DNA of 63,358 bases, filler included. It is 5 parts of 5 records of this genome, joined end to end, with 100 filler letters (N's around TTAATTAATTAA, not from the genome) between each part and the next. Parts side by side here need not be neighbours in the genome. Positions count along the whole stretch, not along the records: positions 1 to 9,986 come from DRR723986_2281; 4 more parts are not named here. One strand, written 5' to 3'. The position numbers were made by a program, and so were the translations under genes. Shown piece after piece: positions 1-10,086 of the stretch. The notes under the pieces were generated by a model, which ran no database searches, was not told where the DNA came from, and was given only the letters and a program-made list of their open reading frames with translations. Within the stretch, counting starts at the first letter, position 1, and every line of letters begins with the position of its first letter.

Positions 1-628
1 CCTTGAACGGGCCCGAGCCGATGGCGCGGTCGAAATCGGTGAAGCCTGCGGGATGGATCGCCAGGTGGTAATCCGACAGGATCACCGGCAGGTCGGCATT
101 GCCCGAGTTCAGAACGATGAGCACGGTCGAGGCATCGACTGCCTCGATGCTTTCCACCGTGGACAAAAGCGCCTTGGCCGGCGATTCCGATCCCTCCACC
201 ACGTGGCGCATCAGGCTTTCGACCACGTCCTCGGCCGTCACGTCCTGACCGTTGTGGAAAGTCAGGCCCGCGCGCAGGCTGAAGGTCCAGTGGGTGGCAC
301 TGTCGTTGACGCTCCATTCCTCGGCCGCGTCGCCCTCGACTTCGAGATCGGGCAGCAGGCGGGTCAGGCGCTGGTAGACGCAGTTGCCGTAGATCCCGTC
401 CGCGGTGTCGGTCATCCGCACCGGCTCAAGCGTGTCGTCGGTATTTCCCTGCGCGATGCGCAGCCAGCCCCCGCGGCGGGGTTCCTGCGCAAAGGCGGGG
501 CCTGCCGCCGTCAGGATGCCGGTCGCCGCTGGCACCAGAAGACCCATCGCCGCGGCGCGGGTCATGAAGCTGCGGCGGCTGATTCCGCCTGCCTTGTATT
601 GCCGCACCAAACCATCGATATCGGACAT
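1..628 (-). CDS. ABC transporter substrate-binding protein, family 5 (peptide/nickel-type), Tat-exported; 3' part runs off the window
   Basis: Manually translated, absent from the ORF track. ATG at 628 with GGAGG upstream gives MSDIDGLVRQYKAGGISRRSFMTRAAAMG (twin-Arg motif), then WTFSLRAGLTFHNGQDVTAEDVVESL and AIGSGPFK, typical of DppA/OppA proteins. Confidence 0.9.
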   Translation of the reverse strand, partial: MSDIDGLVRQYKAGGISRRSFMTRAAAMGLLVPAATGILTAAGPAFAQEPRRGGWLRIAQGNTDDTLEPVRMTDTADGIYGNCVYQRLTRLLPDLEVEGDAAEEWSVNDSATHWTFSLRAGLTFHNGQDVTAEDVVESLMRHVVEGSESPAKALLSTVESIEAVDASTVLIVLNSGNADLPVILSDYHLAIHPAGFTDFDRAIGSGPFK

Positions 629-754
629 TCTTACCTCCCTGATTTCGGAATGCCGGTCGCACCGCGTTTGCACGCGGGGCCTCCGTGCGGAAACTGTGAG
701 CCGCTCGGGGCGCACGCACAAACAACCGATTTCAGGACTTTGCCATAACTACAG

Positions 755-2374
755 TTATGGATCGGAAGGGCTTCGCAGGATGGCCTCGGCGCGCAGGGCC
801 TTCTTGTCGAGCTTGCCCACAGAGGTCTTGGGCAGGCTCGGCAGGAAGACGATCCGGTCGGGCGCGGCCCATTTGGACAGCGCACCGGCGGCCACCGCCT
901 CGGCAAAGGCCGAGCGGATCGCCGACTCCACCGTCTCGGCCCCGTCGCTGACAGCCAGGAACAGAACCGGCCGTTCCCCCCATTTCGCGTCCGGCACCCC
1001 GATGGCGGCGGCCTCGGTCACGCCGGGCACGGTGCTGGCGAGGTTTTCCAGCTCCAGAGACGACACCCATTCGCCGCCGGTCTTGATCACGTCCTTCAGC
1101 CGGTCGGTGATCCGCAGCGTGCCGGTATCATCGAGATATCCCACGTCGCCCGTGTGCAGCCAGCCGCCGCGCCACAGGGCCTCGGTCCCCTCAGGGTTCT
1201 TCAGGTAGCCCTCGGTAAGCCAGGGGGCGCGAGCCACGATCTCGCCCGTCACCGCGCCGCCCGGGGGCAGGTCGCGCATGTCCTCATCCACCACCCGGAT
1301 CTGCACCAGCGGCGCGGGCTTGCCGGTGGCGGTGCGCAGGTTGACGGGCGCGGCAGGGTCGCGGGTGGCCATCATGTCGGCCACGGTCAGGAAGGGGCAG
1401 GTTTCCGACATGCCATAGCCGGTGTGCAGGTCGATCCCCCGCGCCAGCGCCTGCCGCGCCAGCCCTTCGGGCAGGGCCGAGCCGCCGATGATCATCTTCC
1501 AGCGCGACAGGTCCACCTCCTCGGATCCGGGCGCGGCCAGCAGCATCGCCAGGATCGTCGGCACGCAATGAGAGAAGGTCACGCCATGATCCGCGATCAG
1601 CCGCAGAAGCCGCGCAGGCTCGTAACGGCCGGGGTAGACCTGCTTGATGCCCAGCATCGTCGCCACGTAGGGGATTCCCCAGCCATGCACGTGGAACAGC
1701 GGCGTGATCGGCATGTAGACGTCACCCCGGTTGAGCCCGCCCCCCGAGATCGGGCCAAGCCCCGCCGCCACCGCCATCGTGTGCAGCACAAGCTGACGCT
1801 GCGAATAGCTGACCCCCTTGGGATCGCCCGTGGTGCCGGTGGTGTAGAACAGCGTCGCGCGGATGGTCTCGTCAAAATCGGGGAAGTCCGTGACCGGCTC
1901 CGCCGCCGCAAGCAGCGCCTCGTATTCGCCGTCATGGGCCAGACCTTCGGGCAGCGGGTCGCCATCGGTCAGCACGACCAGCCGGTAGGGCCGCTCGATC
2001 CGGTCCGCGATCTCGGCCAGCATCGGCAGGAAGTCCACGTGGCACAGGATCAGATCATCGCCCGCGTGGTTGATGGTATAAAGGATCTGCTCGGGCGAGA
2101 GGCGCACGTTCACCGTATGCAGCGTCGCGCCGATCATCGGCACCGCGAAGAAGCTTTCGAGGTATCGGTGGCTGTCCCAGTCCAGCACCGCGACCACGCT
2201 GCCCTCGCTCGCGCCCAGTGCACGCAGCGCCCCCGCGGCCTGCGCGATGCGCGCGGCGAACCCGGCATAGCTGTAGCGCATGAACTCGGCATGGATGATT
2301 TCCTGATCCGGCGCATGGGCCAGCGGCGCGGTCAGGATCTGCTTGATCAGCAGCGGATAGGCATATGTCGACAT
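755..2374 (-). CDS. Fatty-acid--CoA ligase (AMP-binding, AlkK/DmdB-like)
   Basis: YTTGTTGDPKG, GYGMSET, WLHTGD and PKTSVGK motifs. Start placed at MSTYAYPLL, after GGAGG. Confidence 0.9.
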   Translation of the reverse strand: MSTYAYPLLIKQILTAPLAHAPDQEIIHAEFMRYSYAGFAARIAQAAGALRALGASEGSVVAVLDWDSHRYLESFFAVPMIGATLHTVNVRLSPEQILYTINHAGDDLILCHVDFLPMLAEIADRIERPYRLVVLTDGDPLPEGLAHDGEYEALLAAAEPVTDFPDFDETIRATLFYTTGTTGDPKGVSYSQRQLVLHTMAVAAGLGPISGGGLNRGDVYMPITPLFHVHGWGIPYVATMLGIKQVYPGRYEPARLLRLIADHGVTFSHCVPTILAMLLAAPGSEEVDLSRWKMIIGGSALPEGLARQALARGIDLHTGYGMSETCPFLTVADMMATRDPAAPVNLRTATGKPAPLVQIRVVDEDMRDLPPGGAVTGEIVARAPWLTEGYLKNPEGTEALWRGGWLHTGDVGYLDDTGTLRITDRLKDVIKTGGEWVSSLELENLASTVPGVTEAAAIGVPDAKWGERPVLFLAVSDGAETVESAIRSAFAEAVAAGALSKWAAPDRIVFLPSLPKTSVGKLDKKALRAEAILRSPSDP

Positions 2375-2566
2375 GGGCACCTCCGCCGCCAGTATTGCCG
2401 CCCCCCGGCGCATCCCGGCAAACAATAAAATCGGCGTCAAAGCCCCAAGCCCGGTTCATGCATGCCCGAGCCATAACTAAAACGCACCCTCAAGCGGGTT
2501 TTTCGTTGCTTGATCCCGCCGGGGCCTTCCCCGATCCTGACCGCCGACCCTGGAGGGAGGACCACG

Positions 2567-3514
2567 GTGTTTCGGATCATTCTGCGGCGGCTGCTGCAGG
2601 GCCTTCTTACCCTGCTTCTGGCCTCCATCATCATCTTCGGCGCGACCGAGATCCTGCCCGGCGACGTGGCAGAGGCGGTTCTGGGCCAGAACCGGACCGA
2701 GGAGGCGCTGGCCACCCTGCGCGAACAGATGGGGCTCGACCGGCCCGCCATCGTGCGCTACGCCGACTGGCTCGGCGGCATGGTGCAGGGCGATCTGGGC
2801 ACCTCGCTGGCCACCGACCGCCCGGTGGCCGACATGATCGGCAGCCGGATCTGGAACACGTTGCGCCTTGCGCTGCTGGCCGCCGCCATTTCGGTGCCGC
2901 TGTCGCTGGCGCTCGGGCTTTGGGCCGCGATGCGCGCGGGCGGCGCCGTGGACAAGACCATGGCAATGACCACGCTGGCGCTGATCGCGGTGCCGGAGTT
3001 CTTCATCGGCCTTGTGCTGATGAAGATCTTCGCGGTGGAACTGGGCTGGCTCTCGGCCACCGCGAACACGCGGCCCTATTATGACTTCTGGCAGAACTTC
3101 CGAGCGCTGGCGCTGCCGGTCGCGACGCTCAGCTTCGCGGTGCTGGCACATATGATGCGCATGACGCGGTCCTCGGTCATCAACATCTTCACCTCGGCCT
3201 ATATCGAGATGGCGGCGCTCAAGGGCCTGCCCAAGCGGCGGCTGGTGCTGCGCCATGCGCTGCCCAATGCGCTGTCGCCTATCTTCACGGTGATCGCACT
3301 CAACCTCAGCTACATGGTGTCGGGCGTGATCATCGTCGAGACGGTCTTCGGCGTGCCGGGGCTGACGCGGTTGCTGGTCGACGGGGTCAGCCTGCGCGAC
3401 ATTCCCCTGATCCAGGCCTGCGCGATGATCTTCGGCTCGGTCTACATCCTGCTGAACTTGCTGGCCGACATTCTGTCGATCCTGGCCAATCCCCGCCTGA
3501 GGTATCCCAAATGA
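2567..3514 (+). CDS. ABC transporter permease (DppB-like)
   Basis: GTG start after GGAGG; LPGD, GDLGTS and RHALPNAL motifs; multiple TM segments. Confidence 0.92.
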   Translation: MFRIILRRLLQGLLTLLLASIIIFGATEILPGDVAEAVLGQNRTEEALATLREQMGLDRPAIVRYADWLGGMVQGDLGTSLATDRPVADMIGSRIWNTLRLALLAAAISVPLSLALGLWAAMRAGGAVDKTMAMTTLALIAVPEFFIGLVLMKIFAVELGWLSATANTRPYYDFWQNFRALALPVATLSFAVLAHMMRMTRSSVINIFTSAYIEMAALKGLPKRRLVLRHALPNALSPIFTVIALNLSYMVSGVIIVETVFGVPGLTRLLVDGVSLRDIPLIQACAMIFGSVYILLNLLADILSILANPRLRYPK

Positions 3515-4386
3515 GTGACGCAACCGACCCCATCGCGCCGCGCGCCTCGGTCTTTGCGGGGCTGCGGCTGACCTGGACGGCCATCATTGCCGGATCGGTG
3601 CTGCTGTTCTGGTTCACCCTCGCCCTGATCGGCCCCTGGATCGCGCCCCATGGCGAGGCCGAGATCATTTCTTCCACCACCTTTGCCCCGATCGGCGAAG
3701 GCGGCATTCTGGGCACCGACAAGCTGGGGCGGGACGTACTGTCACGCCTGATCTACGGGGTGCGCACCACGATGCTGCTGGCCCTGATCACGACCGTGAT
3801 TTCCTTCGCCTGCGGGGTCACGCTCGGCTTTGCCGCCGCGATCCTCAAGGGCTGGTTCGACGTCATCGTCAGCCGCATCGTCGAAGCGTTCATGGCCTTC
3901 CCGTCGACCCTTCTGGCGCTGGTGGTCATCGGCGTCTTCGGAACATCGATCACGGTGCTGGTGCTGACCGTTGGGCTGGTACTGTCTACCAGCGTGTTCC
4001 GCGTGTCTCGGGCGCTTGGCTATGACGTGGGCGTGATGGATTTCGTGGAAGCGGCGCGGGCGCGCGGCGAGGGCACATGGTGGATCCTGACCCGAGAAAT
4101 CCTGCCCAATTCGATGGCCCCGCTGATCTCCGAATTCGGCCTGCGCTTCACCTTCTCGATCCTGTTCCTGTCGGGGTTGTCCTTCCTCGGGCTCGGGGTG
4201 CAGGAACCGGCGGCGGACTGGGGCCTGATGGTGCAGGAAAACGTGGGCGGGCTGTTCCTCGGCTCCTCGGCGGCGCTTTTGCCCGCCGCCTGCATCGCCT
4301 CGCTGACCATCAGCATGAACCTGCTGGTCGACTGGTTCCAGCAGCGTCAGCAAGGCGAAACCGTCCTGGAGAAGATCGACCAATGA
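3511..4386 (+). CDS. ABC transporter permease (DppC-like)
   Basis: LGTDKLGRDVLSRLIYG, EAARARG loop, LSFLGLG; ATGA overlap with the upstream gene. Confidence 0.92.
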   Translation: MSDATDPIAPRASVFAGLRLTWTAIIAGSVLLFWFTLALIGPWIAPHGEAEIISSTTFAPIGEGGILGTDKLGRDVLSRLIYGVRTTMLLALITTVISFACGVTLGFAAAILKGWFDVIVSRIVEAFMAFPSTLLALVVIGVFGTSITVLVLTVGLVLSTSVFRVSRALGYDVGVMDFVEAARARGEGTWWILTREILPNSMAPLISEFGLRFTFSILFLSGLSFLGLGVQEPAADWGLMVQENVGGLFLGSSAALLPAACIASLTISMNLLVDWFQQRQQGETVLEKIDQ

Positions 4387-6167
4387 GCGATATCCTGTCC
4401 ATCCGGAACCTGCGTGTCGAGGGGCGCCCGCCCGGCGGGGCCTATGTGCCCATCGTCAAGGATGTGTCGCTCAGCGTCCGCAAGGGCGAGGTGCTGGCGC
4501 TGATCGGCGAAAGCGGGTCGGGCAAATCCACGATCTCGCTGGCCGCCATGGGCTTCGCGCGCCCCGGTTGCCGCATCGCGGGGGGCGAGGTCTGGCTCAA
4601 TGGCCGCGACATCATGAAACTGACCCCGCGCGAGCGCCACGCCCTGCGCGGCGACGCGGTGTCCTACGTGGCGCAATCGGCGGCGGCCAGCTTCAACCCC
4701 GCCCTGCGGATCGGCCGGCAGGTGATCGAGGCGCCGCTCTGGCACGGGGCGGGCGATGCCGCGACCCTGACCGCGCAGGCGACGGAGCTTTACCGCAAGC
4801 TCGACCTGCCCAACCCCGAAACCGTGGGCCAGCGCTTCCCGCACCAGGTGTCGGGCGGGCAGTTGCAGCGGCTGATGGCAGCGATGGCCATGTCCTGCGG
4901 CCCCGACCTCCTGATCCTCGACGAACCCACGACGGCGCTCGATGTGACGACACAGATCGAGGCGCTGAAGGCCTTCAAGGACATCATCCGCGAACAGGGT
5001 ACCGCCGCGATCTACGTCACCCATGACCTCGCCGTGGTGGCGCAGGTCGCTGACCGGATCCTCGTTCTCAAGAACGGCGAGATGGTCGAGGAGGGCACCA
5101 CCGACGAGATCCTGCACAACCCGCAGCACGACTATACGCGCAAGCTGATGGCCGCCGTCCGGCCCGCCCCGCATCTGGTCGACCATGTGGCGGCGCGCGA
5201 CGCGGATGTGCCCGTGCTGTCTGTGCGGAACGTGACGGCGGGCTATGGCGCGGTCACGATCCTGTCGGATGTCTCGATGGAGGTGCCCCGCGCCTCGGTC
5301 GTGGGGGTAATCGGCGAAAGCGGCTGCGGGAAAAGCACGCTGGCCCGCGTCGTGGCCGGGCTGACACCGGCACGCGAAGGGCGGATCGAGCTGAATGGCA
5401 AACCCGTGGAGGCAGAGCTGGACGCCCGCCCGCGCGAGGCGCTGCGCGATTGCCAGATGGTGTTCCAGATGGCCGACACGGCCTTGAACCCGCGCCAGCG
5501 CATCCGCGACATCCTCGGCCGACCGCTGCAATTCTACCATGGCATGACCGGCCGCAAGCAGGCCGACCGCGTGACCGAGCTGCTGGAACTGGTGGACCTT
5601 CCCGCCAGCTTCGCCAGCCGCTATCCCGGCGAGCTGTCAGGCGGGCAGAAACAGCGGGTGAACCTTGCCCGCGCGCTGGCCGCCGAGCCGCGGATCATCC
5701 TGTGCGACGAGGTGACCTCGGCGCTCGATACCGTGGTGGCCGCCGGGGTGATCGAGCTGCTGAAGTCGCTGCGAGACAGGCTCGGCGTGGCCTACATGTT
5801 CATCAGCCACGACCTGTCGACCGTCGCCTCCTTCGCCGACGAGGTGGTGGTGCTCTACGCGGGCCGGGTGGTGGAGAAAGGCCCGTCGAAGGCCGTGTTC
5901 CAGGCCCCGTGGCACCCCTACACGCACCTGCTGCTGGCCTCGGTCCCCGAGATGCGGCAGGGCTGGCTGGAGGGCGTCGCGGATACCGCCGAGGCCAGGG
6001 CCGCCAGCACCGGAAGCGTCCAGATCGGCGCCAAGGGCTGCCCCTTCGCCAATCGCTGCGCCAAGGTCATCACCGGCACCTGCGAAACCGTCGCCCCGCC
6101 GCTGCGTGACCTGCCCGGCGGGCTGACCATCGCCTGTCACCTGCCGCCGGAGGCGCTGCCATCGTGA
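4383..6167 (+). CDS. ABC transporter ATP-binding protein with two fused ATPase domains (DppD/F-like)
   Basis: Two Walker A motifs (GESGSGKS, GESGCGKS), two SGGQ signatures, C-terminal GCPFANRC...AC. Start MSDILS overlaps the previous stop. Confidence 0.93.
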   Translation: MSDILSIRNLRVEGRPPGGAYVPIVKDVSLSVRKGEVLALIGESGSGKSTISLAAMGFARPGCRIAGGEVWLNGRDIMKLTPRERHALRGDAVSYVAQSAAASFNPALRIGRQVIEAPLWHGAGDAATLTAQATELYRKLDLPNPETVGQRFPHQVSGGQLQRLMAAMAMSCGPDLLILDEPTTALDVTTQIEALKAFKDIIREQGTAAIYVTHDLAVVAQVADRILVLKNGEMVEEGTTDEILHNPQHDYTRKLMAAVRPAPHLVDHVAARDADVPVLSVRNVTAGYGAVTILSDVSMEVPRASVVGVIGESGCGKSTLARVVAGLTPAREGRIELNGKPVEAELDARPREALRDCQMVFQMADTALNPRQRIRDILGRPLQFYHGMTGRKQADRVTELLELVDLPASFASRYPGELSGGQKQRVNLARALAAEPRIILCDEVTSALDTVVAAGVIELLKSLRDRLGVAYMFISHDLSTVASFADEVVVLYAGRVVEKGPSKAVFQAPWHPYTHLLLASVPEMRQGWLEGVADTAEARAASTGSVQIGAKGCPFANRCAKVITGTCETVAPPLRDLPGGLTIACHLPPEALPS

Positions 6168-7108
6168 TCCACGGGCCAGCGGCCCGCACCAAGCATGGCG
6201 ATCGCGGTAACGATCCGGCTGAAACTGGCGCGCGCGCGTCCGACCGAATGGCGCGCGCGCAGGTAGCCATGCACCAGCCCCGCCTCGCAGACCAGTTCGG
6301 CCCGCCCGCCTGCCGCCGCGATCGCCTCGACATAGTGGCGTCCGTCATCGGCCAGCGGATCGCATTCGGCGGTCACGACGAAGGTGGGCGGCAGACCCTC
6401 GAACCCCCCGGCACGCATCGGGCTACACCTTGGATCGTCCAGTTTCGCCAGATCGCCGCCGACGCGGATGCCGCGATAGAAGCGGCAATCCGCGCGCGTC
6501 AGCATCGGCGCCTCGGCATGGGTCCGCATGCTGTCGGTATCGAGGTCGAGCCCGAGCCCCGGATAAATCAGCACCTGCCCGGCGGGCTGCCGGGCCTCGC
6601 CCCGCAGCGCCTCGCACAACCCGGCGCAAAGCGCGCCCCCGGCACTGTCGCCCGCCAGCACGACCGGCCCCTCCCCGCGCGAAACCATGTCTCGCCAGGC
6701 GGTGACGGCATCCTCAATATCCGCGGGAAACACATGCTCGGGCGCAAGACGGTAATCCACCGCCGTCACGTCGAACCCAGTGCGCGCGCAGAGCTCGGCG
6801 CAGACATCATCGTGGCTGTCGAGCCCGCCCACCACGAAGCCGCCGCCGTGGAAATAGAGAACCCGCGCCGCGCCGCCGCCCGTACTGTAGTCGCGCAGGG
6901 GCAGCGCACCGATCATCCGGTCGCTGACGCGCACCCCCTCGGGGCGGCCCGCGTGGAAGGCCGCGCACATGCGGTCATAGACAAGGCGCTGCTCGGCAAT
7001 GGTCAGATCCACCGCATCGGGCGGATAGAAACTGCCCGTGCGCTCGATGAAGGCCCAGGTTTCGGCGTCGATGATCGTGGCATAATCGGGGGGCATTTGG
7101 GTCCTCAC
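6137..7108 (-). CDS. Alpha/beta hydrolase, HSL-family esterase
   Basis: HGGGF oxyanion motif, DYRLAPE, GDSAGG nucleophile, ECDPL and HGY. Confidence 0.9.
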   Translation of the reverse strand: MRTQMPPDYATIIDAETWAFIERTGSFYPPDAVDLTIAEQRLVYDRMCAAFHAGRPEGVRVSDRMIGALPLRDYSTGGGAARVLYFHGGGFVVGGLDSHDDVCAELCARTGFDVTAVDYRLAPEHVFPADIEDAVTAWRDMVSRGEGPVVLAGDSAGGALCAGLCEALRGEARQPAGQVLIYPGLGLDLDTDSMRTHAEAPMLTRADCRFYRGIRVGGDLAKLDDPRCSPMRAGGFEGLPPTFVVTAECDPLADDGRHYVEAIAAAGGRAELVCEAGLVHGYLRARHSVGRARASFSRIVTAIAMLGAGRWPVDHDGSASGGR

Positions 7109-8301
7109 AGAAGGGCCTGATAGGTCAGAACGCGCAGCTGACGGCGCAGGGTCAGGGCGCTCGACGGCACAAGCTGGGTCATCAGGATGACGGTCATGTC
7201 TTCAACCGGATCGACCCAAAAGGCCGTGGAGGCCATGCCGCCCCAGGCGAATTCGCCGGGCGAGCCGATGATCTTCGCCTTGGCCGGGTCCAGCATGACG
7301 GACACACCAAGGCCGAAGCCGATGCCGTGGAAGGTGGTTTCGCTGAACTGTTCCTGCCCACGGCTGGCCAGGTCGCCGCCCATGTGGTTGGAGACCATCA
7401 GATCGAAGGTCTTGCGGCCCAGAAGCCGCCCGCCGTCATGACACCCGCGCCGCAGCAGCATGGTGGCGAAGCGCTGGAAATCGTCCATGGTCGACACGAG
7501 CCCGCCGCCGCCGCTTTCCAGCGTCACCGGGGCAAGGCAGCGGTCCTGTTTCGCGGATCGGCAAAAGCCCTCTGGCATGTGATCGTACAGCGTCGCCAGC
7601 CGGTGTGCCTTGTCGGCGGGCACGGCGAAGCCGGTGTCGACCATGCCGAGCGGCGCGAAGATGCGCGCGGCCAGAAACTCGCCCAGGGTCTGGCCGGTGA
7701 GCACCTCGACAAGGCGGCCCAGCACGTCGGTGGACAAGCCATAGAACCAGCGCTGCCCCGGCTGGAAGGCCAGCGGAAACCGGGCGAGGGCCTCGACCGC
7801 CTCGGCCATGGTCGTGAAGCGGCCATCGAAGTCGAACCCCGCCCCGGTCAGCGCCCGTTCCAGCGCATTGCCCGCGCTGTCGCCATAGACAATGCCCGAC
7901 TGATGCGTCATCAGATCGTGGATCGTGACCGGGCGCTGCAGCGGCTCGGTCTCGTCCAGGGCGTGGCCCTCGCCCTTCCAGACGCGGATATCGCGGAATT
8001 CGGGCAGGAAATCCGCCAATGGCTGATCGAGTTGGAACGCCCCTTCCTCGTAGAGCATGAGCGCCGCGAGCGTCGTCATCGGCTTGGTCATCGAGTAGAT
8101 GCGCCACAGCGTATCGGGCTGAACGGGGTGCCCGGCCTCGGCGTCGGCATGGCCCGCGTGGGCGGAAAAGCCCACCTCGCCCCCCCGCGTCACCTGCACC
8201 GCCAACCCCGCAAGGCGCCCTGTATCCACATGGGCCTGCATCCAGCCCGCAATACGGGCCAGCCGGTCTGGATCGAAGCCGAGATCTGTTGCGGATGTCA
8301 C
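7105..8301 (-). CDS. Serine hydrolase, beta-lactamase-like (family VIII esterase)
   Basis: SMTK (SxxK), LMTHQSG, SGGGGL, WGGMAST. GTG start chosen after GAAAGG. Confidence 0.88.
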   Translation of the reverse strand: MTSATDLGFDPDRLARIAGWMQAHVDTGRLAGLAVQVTRGGEVGFSAHAGHADAEAGHPVQPDTLWRIYSMTKPMTTLAALMLYEEGAFQLDQPLADFLPEFRDIRVWKGEGHALDETEPLQRPVTIHDLMTHQSGIVYGDSAGNALERALTGAGFDFDGRFTTMAEAVEALARFPLAFQPGQRWFYGLSTDVLGRLVEVLTGQTLGEFLAARIFAPLGMVDTGFAVPADKAHRLATLYDHMPEGFCRSAKQDRCLAPVTLESGGGGLVSTMDDFQRFATMLLRRGCHDGGRLLGRKTFDLMVSNHMGGDLASRGQEQFSETTFHGIGFGLGVSVMLDPAKAKIIGSPGEFAWGGMASTAFWVDPVEDMTVILMTQLVPSSALTLRRQLRVLTYQALL

Positions 8302-8429
8302 GTTTGCGCCTTTCCGTTCTGCATGTGCACGACGTCCAGTCTGATGCTGGCCGGTTGCCACTTTCAAGCGATGAAATTGCGACCTATAACCCTACTGCAG
8401 TTATGCAACGGTTATAGCGGTCACGCCCA

Positions 8430-9359
8430 ATGTCCGAACGGAAAATTCCCCACCTGACCTGGCTTCGGGCTTTCGAGGCCTCGGCCCGGCACCTGAGCTT
8501 CACCAATGCCGCGGAAGAGCTGAACCTGACCCAGGCCGCGATCAGCAAGCAGGTGAAGCTGCTTGAGCAATACCTGCGCGAGCCGCTTTTCGAGCGCAAG
8601 CCGCGCAGCCTTGTCCTGACCAAGGTCGGCGCGGCCTACCTGCCCAAGGTGCGCGACAGCTTCGACCGGCTGGCGGCGGGCACGCAGGAAGTCTTCGGCA
8701 ACCGCCGGTCCGAGGTGCTGACCGTGCGCGCGCCGATGGGCTATTCGGTGAACTGGATCGCGCCCCGCTTGCAAGGATTCTTCGACTATAAGCCGGGCAT
8801 CCAGGTGCGGATCGTCTCCAGCGTCTGGGGCGACCAGTTCGACGCGGAACGCTTCGATCTCGATATCCGTTACGGCAGCGGGCGCTGGTCGGGCTTCCGG
8901 GCAGATCGGCTGACATGGGAGGTGATCACCCCGGTCTGCGCGCCGGGGCTATTGCATGGCCCGCATCCGCTGCACCAACCCGACGACCTGACCCGACACC
9001 GGCTGGTGCATGTGATGGGCTACGAGGAAGGCTGGTCCGACTGGCTGCGCGCCGCCGGGGCACGCAAGGTCGATCCCGGGCAGGGGTTGCAGGTCGACAC
9101 TTCGCTGCTGGCCTTCGAATTCGCCGCGCGCGGCGGCGGCGTGGCACTGGCGCGCTCCTCGATGCTGGAACCGGAACTGGAACGCGGGCGGCTGGTGCGC
9201 CCCTTCACGCAGGAGGTGCCCCTGTCCGAGGCCTTCCACCTGCTGACGCCGCAGCATGGCGGCATGCATCCGGACGCGGCCCTATTCCGCGACTGGCTGC
9301 TGGACACCGCCCGGACCGACGTCTGGAACCAGCGCAACCGCGCGGCTCAGCGCGCCTGA
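8430..9359 (+). CDS. LysR-type regulator, GcvA/AmpR subfamily
   Basis: LRAFEASARHLSFTNAAEELNLTQAAISKQVKLLE helix-turn-helix; divergent from the hydrolase genes. Confidence 0.93.
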   Translation: MSERKIPHLTWLRAFEASARHLSFTNAAEELNLTQAAISKQVKLLEQYLREPLFERKPRSLVLTKVGAAYLPKVRDSFDRLAAGTQEVFGNRRSEVLTVRAPMGYSVNWIAPRLQGFFDYKPGIQVRIVSSVWGDQFDAERFDLDIRYGSGRWSGFRADRLTWEVITPVCAPGLLHGPHPLHQPDDLTRHRLVHVMGYEEGWSDWLRAAGARKVDPGQGLQVDTSLLAFEFAARGGGVALARSSMLEPELERGRLVRPFTQEVPLSEAFHLLTPQHGGMHPDAALFRDWLLDTARTDVWNQRNRAAQRA

Positions 9360-9986
9360 AGCCGCACGCCCGCGTCGAGCCGGATCACCTCGCCGTTCAG
9401 CATCGGGTTGCCTGCGATGTCGACCACCAGCCGCCCGAACTCCGCCGGGTCGCCGAAGCGGTTGGGGAACATGCGCCCGTCAAGCAGGCGGTCGATCACC
9501 TCTTCGGGCAGGAAATCGGCGATCGGCGTGCGGAAGAGCCCCGGCGCGATGGTCATCACCCGAACGCCGCCGGGCATGAATTCCCGTGCCGCCTGCACCG
9601 TCAGGCTGACGATCGCCCCCTTGGAGGCGACATAGGCCCCCTGCCCGATCTGGCCCTCGTAGGCGGTGATCGAGGCGGTGTTGATCACGATCCCCCGCTC
9701 GCCATCACCGTTCAAGGGGTCCGCCGCCATCATCCGGGCGGCGCATTTCGTCATCACGCTGACGGTGCCCAGAAGGTTCACGTCGATGACGCGGGCAAAG
9801 GCCACCATGTCCACGGGCCCGTCGCGGTTGACCAGCCGCATACCTCCGGGAATGCCCGCGCAGTTCACGGCGATGCGGATCGTCCCGTTCACGGCCTCGG
9901 CCCCGTCTAGCGCGGCCGTGACCGCCGCTGCATCGGTCACGTCGCAGGCGATGCCGTGGCAGCCGATCTCTGCCGCCGCGGCGGCG
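9347..9986 (-). CDS. Short-chain dehydrogenase, 3-hydroxyacyl-CoA dehydrogenase type 2-like; 5' truncated
   Basis: VNCAGI, ERGIVINTAS, YVASK (YxxxK), NGEVIRLD. Confidence 0.9.
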
Positions 9987-10086
9987 NNNNNNNNNNNNNN
10001 NNNNNNNNNNNNNNNNNNNNNNNNNNNNNNTTAATTAATTAANNNNNNNNNNNNNNNNNNNNNNNNNNNNNNNNNNNNNNNNNNNN
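9987..10086. other. Artificial contig spacer
   Basis: 44 N + TTAATTAATTAA (stops in all six frames) + 44 N; genes truncated on both sides. Confidence 0.98.

Noticed and set aside
53..1208. Plus-strand ORFs of 231 and 267 aa
   Set aside because: The real genes are on the minus strand (binding protein, CoA ligase).
4077..4382. N-terminal extension of the ABC ATPase ORF (likewise 17838, 24487 and 15901 for other genes)
   Set aside because: These overlap upstream genes; coupled internal ATG starts fit the protein families.
6137..6167. Convergent gene overlaps (also 9347-9359)
   Set aside because: Short 3' overlaps are common in GC-rich genomes.
7105..9359. AmpC/AmpR-like resistance pair
   Set aside because: The hydrolase lacks a signal peptide and KTG motif and sits with an esterase; a catabolic role is more likely.
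10031..10042. TTAATTAATTAA repeated four times in the window
   Set aside because: Assembly linker, not a biological repeat or CRISPR.
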